This document shows, piece after piece, positions 26,110-37,899 of a stretch of DNA of 64,000 bases; position 1 is the stretch's first letter, and each line of letters begins with the position of its first letter. The notes under the pieces are model-generated. The model searched no databases, was not told where the DNA came from, and saw nothing but the letters and a program-made list of their open reading frames with translations. A program made the translations under genes and the position numbers. Source of the stretch: Flectonema sp. DT1601 (Eukaryota); the NCBI GenBank assembly GCA_964019425.1, contig OZ025790.1, positions 248,001 to 312,000 on the forward strand, in the 5' to 3' direction.

Positions 26110-26755
26110 AGGAAGTAGTTGTGTGGAGTACTAATACTGTTAAATGAAATTAAATACATTCAAACCAAACACAAGTCTTCGCTCAGGAGCGAATCCCCTT
26201 CCAACAAGATGGGGGTGAGGGCATGAGACTCAACTGATAATTGTTTTTTTTTGTTTTTGTTTTTCTCCTTTTTTTTTTTTTCCTAATATTGATCGATCGC
26301 GTTTGCAGAATTAAAAAAATAAAAATAAAACCAACCCTTCGTCTGTTAATTAACCGTACGCGTGTTAACATAAAAAATAAGAAAATAATTCGCATCGCGG
26401 TATCGAACAATACAAGCAAGGCACACAACCAAATGTATCAGAGCCATACTTACACTACCATGCATGTGCTGACAAGTTTCCTAGACACATGTACTCAACA
26501 CTGGTATAAAATAAAATAAAAAAAGAAAGAAAAGTGATCTCGGTCGTGAATTCAGAACTGTCACAGACAGGAATACAAATAACGGAGCGCAGTGATCACC
26601 AAATTGTCTGATTAGAAATATATAAAATAAAAACGGAGAGGGGAATTTGAAGGTTGGGAATAGAAAAAGAAAATGAGAAGCAAACAATTGTTTCTTTTTA
26701 ATTTTTTCTCTTGAAAATAAAAAAAAAAAAAAAAACTTGAATGCAGTTAAGTCTA

Positions 26756-29700
26756 CTACTGTACACTGAAGGCAACAGTTGGTCTTCCTGGGGCAGCGTT
26801 TTCCTGTTTTTTTTTTTGTTTGTTTTTTTTGTCTTTCCCCAACAAAAAAGCACCACTGATAAAACCACTCAAAACCCCTCACAATAATAATACAAAACAC
26901 ATACCGCAGAGTTAGCATCTGGAACTCCCTCATCAGAAGCCAAGAATAAGTTAAGGGTAGTGATAGGCTGAATCTTTGACAACAAGTACTGATGGTGTTC
27001 CTTAATCAGAGTCATCTCCTCAAATGGAAGAGAGAGCTCAAAGGCTTTTTCCCCCTCAGACATGACCTGTGCTTTGATCACGGAAGCGAATTTTCCAACC
27101 TGAGCACCCTTTGATTTGAAATCTGGGTCCTCTGTAGTTTTTGCATCAAAGTGCTTCATGACAGCCTTTGAGAAGGTTCCACTGTTGGTCTTGTGGTCAT
27201 CCTTCAAGATACTAATCACCTTTAGTTTCCAATCAGGATACCTGGTTGCGACGTACAAGTTGCATGTATTTGGAGCTGGTTTCTTCTTTGATGCCTTGAT
27301 GTTGTTATCAATAAGAGTTTTCTTAACCTTTTCTAAGTAAGTTCCCCTTTGAGAAATCAACTGGTCGGAAACTCCAGTTGGGAATCTCGCATCCATGACC
27401 GTTCCACTATTTCCTAATAACGACCAAAGCTGTTCACATGTGTGAGGAGTTACTACCGACATCATTACAGTGATGTATGAAATCCATTTTTCTATCAAAC
27501 TTTTCTTTGCCTTAAGAGGATCACCAAGAATGTCGTAGTACAAGTCCTTTGCGCTTATAAATTCATACCAAGCACATCTAAGACCCTCCTTGTAGTGCAT
27601 CGTAGCGAAGAATTGGTTTGCATCAGTCGATAATCTCTCAATCTCATTGTTGAACCATTCATCAATGAAAAGGTTGTCGTCGGTAGTTCGAAGCTTGTCC
27701 TTATCTTCGTTGAACTGATTTGTAATGTCAACCAACTGAACTAATTTCTTAATAGCGTTATTAGCTGTTGGGATTTCAAAGTTGGCATCTTCAAGAGAAT
27801 CACCTGCATAAGCACATGCAAATCTTGTACCATCAGCACTGAAGTCGTCACAAGCTCTTACCAAGGATAAGAAATTACCCTTTGACTTCGACATCTTTTC
27901 GTTGTCTACAAGAACCCAGCCATTGGCATACATGGCTCTTGGCCACATCTCTGGTTGGTTTTCCCAGATTGCTGCGTGGTTGTACAATGACATAGTTAAA
28001 TGGTTTGGGATTAAATCTTTTCCTGATACTCGAAGATCCATTGGATACCAGAACTCGAACTCTCTCTTCATCTGTTTTAGAATGTCGCGGTCGATTGATG
28101 CGTCGCTTGCTGTGATTGGTTTGTTTAAAAAGATGTGATCAAATACGGAATCATTCACGTCTTCTGGTTTAATTCCGTAAGGAGACTTCTCAAGACCTGT
28201 TAAGTTGTCTTCTCCGTGAAAGTATTTCGCGAGAGGGTAGTACGCCATGTAAATAGTTGAATCTGACAACGACTCAATCAAGAATTGTTCATCCCAAGGG
28301 ATCTTTGTACCAAGTCCGAATGATCGAGAGCATGCCCATTCTCTTAACCAGTTGACCTTTTCAACAAACTGTTCCTTAGTGGCTGGTTTGAAGGTTTCTA
28401 ATGTGTTAACAATGTGAGCTTCAACAGTTTTTTTCCAATCATCTTTACCATATTTAATGTACCATTGATCAATCAAAGCAGCGACACACTCATCACCTGA
28501 TCTCGATACGATCTGTCCTGCTGGATCGTGATACACGAATGCTTCTCCTGCGGCAATCATACTGTCCTTTGCCTTGATCTTTGCTTCAGCTACAGGTTCT
28601 CCCTTGTATGGTCCTGCAGACATAATACCGTGGTAAAAACTCATTTTGTATGCAATGTCGTGAGCTTCTAATAATTTATCGGTGTCTTTTTGTGTTTTTA
28701 CTCCCAACTTGTTGCACAAGTACTGAGCACATTTGGTTTGAGTTTCATCGTCGATGACGACATCGATGAGAGGGACTGGATCAAGGTATGGAACAACCCA
28801 TTCATCCTTAAGTCCGTAGAACTTTCTCTTTTCAGGTGTTTTTAAGTCAGTCAAAGCTGCGTAGTCATCTGGGGAGTCAGCTGGTACAGATGTAACAATA
28901 CCAGTACCCATGTTCATTTTAATAGTCATCAACGGTAGTAAATGAACTGTCGCATGTGGAGCACGTGGTGCCTTAAGTGTCGCCCCCATGATGTCTGATC
29001 CTTTTATGTCTTTAATCTTTTCAACCTTTCCAAAGTATGATTTAATATCATCTCCCTTATCAATTCTTTGAAATGTCATGTTACGCGCTGCTCTTTGAGT
29101 GCAGACAATCGCAATATCATCCCTGTGGAACACACCGTACTCACCTTCAGGTAAGATCCAACAGTTTGATTGACCGATCATTGTTTCTGGTCGAAGAGTT
29201 GCGCACACTAAGAAGATTGGTTTACCGACATCCTTCAATACTTCAGGAAGAGGTTCAACAACTTGAATTTTAATACAAACGTACTCAGTAAGACCAACAC
29301 CCTCACCCTCTGATCTATCGTGGTCCATGCATGCTTGTTGATCAAGTTCTGAGTAGACTGTCGGACGCTTACCAAAGTCTAAGTATTGTCCTTCTTTTAG
29401 TTTACGAAATTGCCATCTAACGAATCTATCATAGAAAGGGTTCACGTCAGTAGTGATGAATGATCTTCTAAAGTCAGCACATGTTCCTAATCTTTTTAAA
29501 TCTGTCTTTCCCTGAGGAGGGAAGTACTCAAGCCACTCGTTTGCATCAGTGAACTTTAAGATTTCATCGTTGGCCATTCCCATCCCTTTCATGATATCCC
29601 ATTGGTGAAGAGCTCCTCCCGTCTTTGCTTCAATCTTTGCCTTGAGTTGAGGCTTCTTACTTTTACCCTTTGCATCCTTTCCGGGAAGGGCAAGAGATAA

Positions 29701-30642
29701 TTTTTCTGAAATCTTACTTTCTGTAGTGGTGTTGTCTCCAAATTTCGTAACCGCTCTGAAAACATACTTAATTTTCTGTTCCAAGTCGGCAACCTCAGCG
29801 ACGATAAAAAACTTTTTATTAATCTCGGTTGGTTCAGGACCTAGTGACATGCAGCAAGTCCATTCGGTGTCGTCGTCTTTCTTAAACATAAGATCGTACC
29901 CGAGGATTTCCTTTCCTGCAGTTGAGGTTGGTGGTCCCCATGACAAAGTCAACACTTCTGATGTTACTTGTGCTTGAGTAGGACTTCCACAAGGGAAGTT
30001 AGGAACAGGTGATCCGAACATCTCGTAGTCATTCTTCAGTTTGTTTGCCGCAGCCTGAATAGGCATACCTGTACAATGAAATGCAAAAGGAAAAACTGCT
30101 TTCTTTCCCTGAAGTCTGTGGTATCTGACTGCAAATTCCGCCTTCAACATTGAAAAAGCATGACCCAAGTGAAGAGATCCATTCATGTATGGGTATGGGA
30201 ATGTTGCTAAGAATTTTCCAGTGTCTTCTTCGCCTTCCTTTGGAGGATCGACGTCGAATGCCTTAATCTCATCCCACTTTGCCTGAACCTTCTTCTCAAT
30301 CTCAGTAAGGATTGCACGCTTTTCTGCGATGGCGGCGTCTTTACCGGCGTTTGCTGCTGGTGCGTTACCACCCTTGGAGGTGTTTGTCTTTGTAGCAGGC
30401 GATGCAGGGGCTTCAGTTGTAAAACCTTTCCTCTGAGTTGATGAGTAGGTCGCCATGTGTCTCGCCCATCTCGTCACATTCACATTGTCTCCAAGTAATT
30501 CTTGAAACGCCTTCGCATCTTCAGAGTTTGGAGTTTCTCCTCCCAAAAATACTTTTCCTTTTAACTTCGATTCTAACTTACCGGCCTTAGCCAATACGTC
30601 AGACCTTTGCATTGTTCTTAATATCCAATTCCTGTGTAGCAT
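26756..30642 (-). CDS. LARS: Leucyl-tRNA synthetase, eukaryotic/archaeal type (~1261 aa); exons 30642-26905, 26803-26756
   Basis: FPYPYMNGSLHLGH (HIGH), KMSKS, editing-domain TLRPET and GTGIVTSVPADSPDD, SGKDLIPNHL. 101-nt intron GCG|GTATGT...AAACAG gives the typical tail ENAAPGRPTVAFSVQ*. Confidence 0.97.
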
Positions 30643-30794
30643 CCAGCTAGAAATATAGTTGTTGAAGTGTTATAGTTTTGTGTTTTAATATAAAAGTACT
30701 ACAGGTGTTAGTGTGAAAGTGTCATCTCCTTTTTTCCTGAGGGGGGCTGAATGTTTGTATTTATAAACACATATGTGATTGCTTAACTTTAGCC

Positions 30795-30894
30795 TTTTGA
30801 AATAACTATTTAGCGTTTCGAGAGTAATCCATATGCTCCCTCTTTACATCTATTCTCTCATTATCTGTAGAAGTCAGCCAGTTAGCATTGACAC
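30795..30894. repeat. Dispersed repeat family C, copy 1
   Basis: TTTTGAAATAACTATTTAGCGTTTCGAGAGTAATCCATAT..CCCTCTTTACATCTATTCTCTCAT shared with 46511. Confidence 0.8.
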
Positions 30895-31454
30895 CTGAAG
30901 GGGGGTAAAAATAAGGGCATTCCTTCCATTATTTTTAACTAATATGCTCAGTGTCTTATTATTTATTTCCTTTTGTCCCATTCTTTTAGTTCTTAAGGGT
31001 GTAAGCCTCTTTGTATTTACCATAATTATTTCTTTTTTTTTTTTTTTTTTTTTTTTGTTCTCTCGTTTTGTTTTTTTCTTAAGGAAGAGAGGGAGGACTA
31101 AAATACTGTACGAAAAGAGGGGGAGTGCTGAAATAGAAACGGAAAAGTCTTTTTTTTTTTTTTTTTTTTTTAAAGTCTAAATTAGATGGGGTGAAAAAAA
31201 TAGGAATTCATTTCAAAAAGGGGATTTGGGCAATACTTTTTAAAAAAAATAGGGGTAAATTTATTTATTTATTTTCGAAATCCCAATACTAGTACATCAT
31301 GTTAAGCCTACGGGGTATCAGTCTTTCGATACCACACAACCGTAAAGACTCCCTCAAGCGTGAAGGGACATTGTGACCGTCAGTATTCGTGTTAAGATTT
31401 ACTTGAAATTGAATGTGAAAAAAAGACCATTATATTCACTCAATCGCGTGATGC

Positions 31455-31489
<35 letters not shown>

Positions 31490-32206
31490 AACCCTTTGCT
31501 GAGGCTGTTATACCACAGAAATTACCAAATTTCTGTGAACGTTGCTCCTGCCAACCCAAACACATTTGCTGGAAAAAAAAAAAAAAAAAAAAAAAAGGTA
31601 ACTTGAAAGAGGCGGGTTATGACCTTTTATTCTCACCTCAAAAAAAAAAAACAAATACCTACCAGTTGACTAAGCCAGTTGCATAGAAATACATAAATAA
31701 ATGTAATAATAGTGTGTGTAAATATTAAAAAAGAAAGCAATTTTTAAAAAAAAAAAATAATCATCACCACTCCCTTTTTCTGACGATTCAGTTTTCAGAA
31801 TCAGTCAGTTTTGGATGACATTTTTTTTTTTACAACGAATGAAAAGAGAGAGAGAAAACAATAAAAAAATTCGCCACAAAAAAAGTAAAGAGGCGCAAAG
31901 TAGTGGAATAGTGCTGTGACTAAAAAATTTGGATGTTGATTACCCTTTTTTTTTTTTTTTTTTTTCGGATTTTTTTTTTCCTTTGGTTTTCAAAGATACT
32001 AATTTAGCCTTGTATCTATCCCCTCAAGAAAACAAGATCCACAAGACAATTAAAAAGAAAAAAAAAAACTTTGAAAGGACGTAAGATACATCACAGATAG
32101 AATAAATATTTAAGAATGGGGAGAGAGATAACAAATAGTATTCACAAATTATATATTTAAAGTGAGAGGAGGGAGAAGTATCAGATCTCATTGATTAATT
32201 TATTTA

Positions 32207-34351
32207 CTACTCACCCGGAGGAGCTCCAATAGCGCCAGCTTGAGTAGCTTTCAGAGTCTTTGCTCTCTTGATCTCCTCTCTCTCAGCAGCGATCTTAACT
32301 TCCTCTTGCTTCGACAAGTGAGCCTTGTACTCCACCATTTTAGTTCTCCTTGAGAGTACTTCCTCGTTGTTCTCATCGACTGGGTGTTGGAACTGATGAC
32401 CAGCCGCGTCCAGAGCCTCCTCTGACTCCTTGAAGTCATCCATCGCCTTCGCCTGCTTCTCTTTCAGCAGTCCCAACTCCTCCTCAACTGCGTGTCTCAG
32501 ATTGTACAATTCCTTCTTCTGGTCAGAGTGCTTCTTTGCGTTAGGATCGAAGGTCTCAATACAGAACTCCAACTGAATGTGAGTACTTCTGATAGTTCTG
32601 TCGATCTCTTCTAATCTCTTCTCCTTCTTGTAGATTAAAGATCCGAGAGTCAGGTAAAGCATTCTGAAGTACTCCAAGTGCTCTTTGTGAACTCTGATTC
32701 TTAATTCAGATAGTTCTTGGTTTGTCTTATCATAACGAGCCTTTACTGCACTGCATCCTTCTGATACCAGTTCTTCGATCAGACCCGTGCACTTGATCGC
32801 CAAGTCGCAGTTGTACACCGTCAGCTCCAACAGCTTCTTGTGCTGAGATGCGACTTCCAGAAACTGCGCGTACTCCACTCTCCTCTTCTCTTCCCGGTCG
32901 TTCTCTTCGATCCTCCTCTTCACTTCTTCGAATCGTTCCGTACCGAGCTTCTGAAGTTGCCTTTCCAGGTCCTGAATCTTCCTCCAACATTCCTCTTGCT
33001 TCTCGAGGTTCTCCTTCACGAATCGTTCACTCTTGTCCTGTTTTGGTTTTTTTTTTTTTGGTTGTTCGCTTTTCTACCCCCCCCCCCCGAAAACATATCA
33101 AAGAAACCAAATAAACAAGCAAACAAACCTTCATGGCAGCAAACCGCTTCATCGCTTCCGCATCCTCCAAGTCAGCCTTTTGGATGGCATCGTGGATGTG
33201 TTTCAAGTCAGTCTCACATCTCTGCTTCAGACGACGTTTCGCGTCCTTCATCTGAGTAGTTTCTTGGTTTGCCTTCTTCTGAACTTCGTAAATCTATTTG
33301 TTGATTCGATTTGGTTAGAAAAGTTGGAAACTAACTCCGACCGAGAAAAGAGAGAGGAAGAGGAGGGAAAGGAGGAACAACAACAAGACGAAGAGTGAGA
33401 GCAATACTAATACACAATTACATACCTTCTTGAAGGGAGCGTTCTCGTCTTCTGTCTTCTGAATGAGTCTGAACTTGTCTTTGATCAACTCAATCAACCT
33501 TTCCTGCAGTTGGATCTTCGTCCAAAACTGTTCCTCAGCGACCTGCATTTCACCGTCGCTCATTGCAACGTTTTGGATTTCATTCACGCGGTCCAGTTGG
33601 GCAACTTGTGTGGCAACCTGTTTTCAGATGAGTTAGACAGAGGGAAGGAGAAGATGTGGAATCGATACGAAGCCTTTCGATGGTCAGAATGGTGTGATGT
33701 GGAGCTCACGAATTGGATGAGCTCGTTATCTTATCAAAAGCAGACCACGAGAGGAGTAAATAAAATAAAAATAAAAATAAAAATATAACAAACCTGTTCA
33801 TTAGTTGAAGTCAAGGCAGCCTGAATCTGAGTCACGTTCATAATGTCTTCCATCTGCTTCAGGGTCGTCGCAGGAACCTGTGCCAACTGCGTCGCATCCA
33901 ACTGTGACCTCCTCAACTCTTCCTCAACCTTCTCAACCTTCGTAATGGCGTTGTCAATTACTCCAGTGAAGGATACGATTCTCGTCTTGTTTCGGTTGTT
34001 CTTCAGCTCAGCGAGTTGTTTTCTCAAACCAATCACATCCATGAACTGTGGCTTATCTTCAGGTTTGTACAACTCTCGCTGTGACATCTCCAAACCGCAC
34101 ACTCTCATCAACTTCGCGAGGTCGTAGGCCTCAGTGAGATTCCACTTTGTACCAACTTCAACAGCTGTTAGTAACTCGTGTGCCTTCTCGTGAGCTCCCG
34201 ACAGTTTTTGACGTTGGTTTTCACTCCAATCGGATACGTGGAGTTCCTGAATGAATTCCTCATTCTCAAGACAAGCAGTCTTTAGTTTTAAGTTGTGGAT
34301 CTTCTGCTTTCTTGCGGCCTCGAGAGTAACTTCTCCAGTTGGGTCAGCCAT
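32207..34351 (-). CDS. PFR1: Paraflagellar rod protein 1, copy B (581 aa); exons 34351-33794, 33617-33426, 33293-33129, 33037-32207
   Basis: Protein appears identical to copy A; same three introns (176, 132, 91 nt). Confidence 0.96.
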
Positions 34352-34910
34352 GTTGTGTATGGGGCGGTAAATGCTTAAGAAAAGAGAGAATGAAATACTT
34401 CACGACAGACTGCTTATGTTATTATTCAGGGACTAACATCCCTCACTAGGAGACAACATATCGAAGCTGTAGTGTCAAATGAATCCTCACCAGAAGACGT
34501 CAGCTACTACGTCTGGAAATATTATTACACAGATATCATACGAATCGATACGCGATAGATAAAAACTAATAAAGTATCACAGAAGACTTACCTGACAGAA
34601 ACGGCAGCTAAAAAAAAAAGCTGATCAACGCACCACACTTCGTTCAATAATAAGTAAGTAGAAATCGCCGTCGAATTCGGTAATTCGAGGCACCGAAAAC
34701 ATAAATATATGGATCGTATTGTATCAAAGTTAACTAAGGTAATGCCAACGTTGGTAAATAACAACTTTGCATAAGTCGTAAATGCAAATGCACGTGTCTG
34801 GCATCTATGTGAGTTATGTTTTTTCTTTTTTTTTTTAGCATTTAACAAGTATTGTAAGAACGAAAAAGAATGTTGGCAGCAGCTGCTGCTTAGAATTATC
34901 AACAAAAAAA

Positions 34911-35037
34911 ACCATTCAGATAAGCCTTATATTTTGTTGATCGCAGCTAGTTTTACTGGCGCACAGGGAAATAGATAACATGACATAATAAATAACGGCT
35001 CTTAATCTGAATAGTTTCTTCTCCGACTTCGTCGGTG
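34911..35037 (+). repeat. Structured dispersed element family B, copy 2
   Basis: ACCATTCAGAT...ATCTGAATAGTTTCTTCT CCGAC TTC GTCGG, embedded in A-runs. Confidence 0.85.
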
Positions 35038-35162
35038 AAAAAAAAAAAGAGGGGGAGGAAAAGATTTCCTCAACTCAACTACAAATGGTAAAGAACAAAT
35101 TCCAAAATCAGATTATTTTTTCTCCGACTTCATCATGTGTAAATAATTAGAAAAACTATAAT

Positions 35163-35200
<38 letters not shown>

Positions 35201-35655
35201 AAAACTTAAAAAAAGGTAGGGACAAAGTACACCACAATTCCTAAAATTGTCTACCGGATTCTAGTCACCTTAATTACTCTTTTCACCAGATTGGTAAAAC
35301 AAGATTGGTTCTTTTGGTCAAGAGCAGTAATCGACCAACAGTACAAGAAGTCTTGTGAGATGAGAATGTAGGGGTGTCTAGGAACAAGTTTTCCTCATTA
35401 GAACATAGCAGTTTCTCACGTTTGTCAGCTTTGTCGGTTTTTAACCCGAGAAGGAATAGTTTAAGGAAAGGCTCCAAAACTGACACTCATAATATTTAGA
35501 TTCTTGTTGGTGTATCCAAATGAGAGGAAGCCATGTGGTTAACTCTCCTACTATGTCTTTATCATGAAGAGGTACAAATTGATTTCTGTGACTAAAATAT
35601 CAAAGCGCAGACTGCACTTGATGAGACATATGATATCATACAGAACTTTCTAAGA

Positions 35656-37361
35656 TTATCTTTTGTGAATCATCTTTACTTTCTCTAGCCTTTGATAAAC
35701 AAATTCCTTGTGAACTCTGATTCTTAATTCAGATAGTTCTTGGTTTGTCTTATCATAACGAGCCTTTACTGCACTGCATCCTTCTGCTACCAGTTCTTCG
35801 ATCAGACCCGTGCACCTGATCGCCAAGTCGCAGTTGTACACCGTCAGCTCCAACAGCTTCTTGTGCTGAGATGCGACTTCCAGGAACTGCGCGTACTCCA
35901 CTCTCCTCTTCTCTTCCCGGTCGTTCTCTTCGATCCTCCTCTTCACCTCTTCGAATCGTTCCGTACCGAGCTTCTGCATCGTGTCCCGCTCGGGGCCGTG
36001 TTCATGCTGCTTGTCGAGGTTCTCCTTCAGGTATCGTTCACTCTTGTTCTGGTTTGGTTTTTTTACTTAATTTAGCTGGTTTAGATATCTGAAAGACACC
36101 AATGCAAGCTGAGCTTTCAAATAAACAAACAAACAAACCTTCATGGCAGCAAACCGCTTCATCGCTTCCGCATCCTCCAAGTCAGCCTTTTGGATGGCAT
36201 CGTGGATGTGTTTCAAGTCTGTCTCACATCTCTGCTTCAGACGACGTTTCGCGTCCTTCATCTGAGCAGTTTCTTGGTTTGCCTTCTTCTGAACTTCGTA
36301 AATCTATTTGTTGATTTGGTTTGGTTAGAAAAGTTGGAAACTAACTCCGACCGAGAAAAGAGAGAGGAGGAAGAGGGAAAGGAGGAACAACAACAGGAAA
36401 AAGAGTGAGAGCAATACTAATACACAATTACATACCTTCTCGAAGGGAGCGTTCTCGTCTTCTGTCTCCTGAATGAGTCTGAACTTGTCTTTGATCAACT
36501 CAATCAACCTTTCCTGCAGTTGGATCTTCGTCGCGACTTGTTCTTCAGCAACCTGCATTTCACCGTCTCTCATCGCAACGTTTTGGATTTCATTCACGCG
36601 GTCCAGTTGGGCAACTTGTGTGGCAACCTGTTTTCAGATGAGTTAGACAGAGGGAAGGAGAAGATGTGGAATCGATACGAAGCCTTTCGATGGTCAGAAT
36701 GGTGTGATGTGGAGCTCACGAATTGGATGAGCTCGTTATCTTATCAAAAGCAGACCACGAGAGGAGTAAATAAAATAAAAATAAAAATAAAAATATAACA
36801 AACCTGTTCATTAGTTGAAGTCAAGGCAGCCTGAATCTGAGTCACGTTCATAATGTCTTCCATCTGCTTCAGGGTCGTCGCAGGAACCTGTGCCAACTGC
36901 GTCGCATCCAACTGTGACCTCCTCAACTCTTCCTCAACTTTCTCAACCTTCGTAATGGCGTTGTCAATTACTCCAGTGAAGGATACGATTCTCGTCTTGT
37001 TTCGGTTGTTCTTCATTTCTGTGAAGTTTCTTTTCATCCCAATCGCACCCGTGAACTGTGGCTTATCTTCAGGTTTGTACAACTCTCGCTGTGACATCTC
37101 CAAACCGCACACTCTCATCAACTTCGCGAGGTCGTAGGCCTCAGTGAGATTCCACTTTGTACCAACTTCAACAGCCGTTAGTAACTCGTGTGCCTTCTCG
37201 TGAGCTCCCGACAGTTTTTGACGTAGGTTTTCACTCCAATCGGAAAAATGGAGTTCCTGAATGAATTCATTACACTCAATACAAGCAGTCTTCAGTTTTA
37301 AGTTGTGGATCTTCTGCTTTCTTGCGGCCTCGAGAGTAACTTCTCTAGTTGGGTCAGCCAT
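35656..37361 (-). CDS. PFR1: Divergent, C-terminally truncated PFR1 paralogue, copy C (~435 aa) or young pseudogene; exons 37361-36804, 36627-36436, 36303-36139, 36048-35656
   Basis: Same intron positions with intact GT-AG ends and an open frame. Homology stops at RVHKE (~35706), followed by an unrelated 15-aa tail. Confidence 0.8.
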
Positions 37362-37713
37362 GTTGTGTATGGGGCGGTAAATGCTTAAGAAAAGAGAGAA
37401 TGAAATACTTCACGACAGACTGCTTATGTTATAAAGCAAGAAGACATCCCTCACTGGGACTACAATCTGTTTCATTTATTCATGTGTTTGACTGATGGCA
37501 GAATGGACTGAATAAAAGTAAACTACTCATCAGTTATTTTCGTAACCATTGCTGCTGTTTAGGGACCAACATCCCTCACTGGAAGAGCACATCTGTTAAT
37601 AGGACGTGTCTATTTTTTTTTTTTCTTTTGACAAAAGCCGTTGGCTGTCACAACGGGCAGTGACAATGGGAAACTCACCTGAAGAAAAATGGCTCGAGAT
37701 TTTCAAAAAAAAA

Positions 37714-37837
37714 ACCATTCAGATTAGCCTTATATTTCGTTGAACGCAGACAGAATCCTGTCGCACGGGGAAATAGATCATAACCAGAAATAAACGGCTT
37801 TCAAGCTGAATAGTTTCTTCTCTGACTACGTCGGTAC
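37714..37837 (+). repeat. Structured dispersed element family B, copy 3
   Basis: Same termini; internal hairpin GACAG-AATC-CTGTC. Confidence 0.85.
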
Positions 37838-37899
37838 AAAAAGAAAAATATATCATTCAGATCAGAGCAGTAATTAAGAATACGAGACTCCTCTCATTT

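Noticed and set aside
34911..35037. Family B as U5 snRNA or a 5S/5.8S rRNA derivative (GATCGCA, TTTTACT, TTGAACGCA motifs)
   Set aside because: The invariant U5 loop GCCTTTTAC is absent and that loop varies between copies; rRNA similarity is limited to under 10 nt.
35283..35650. Sequence replacing the PFR1-C 3' end contains FVPLHD...W, reminiscent of anoctamin
   Set aside because: One short motif among stops and frameshifts; not supportable without a search.
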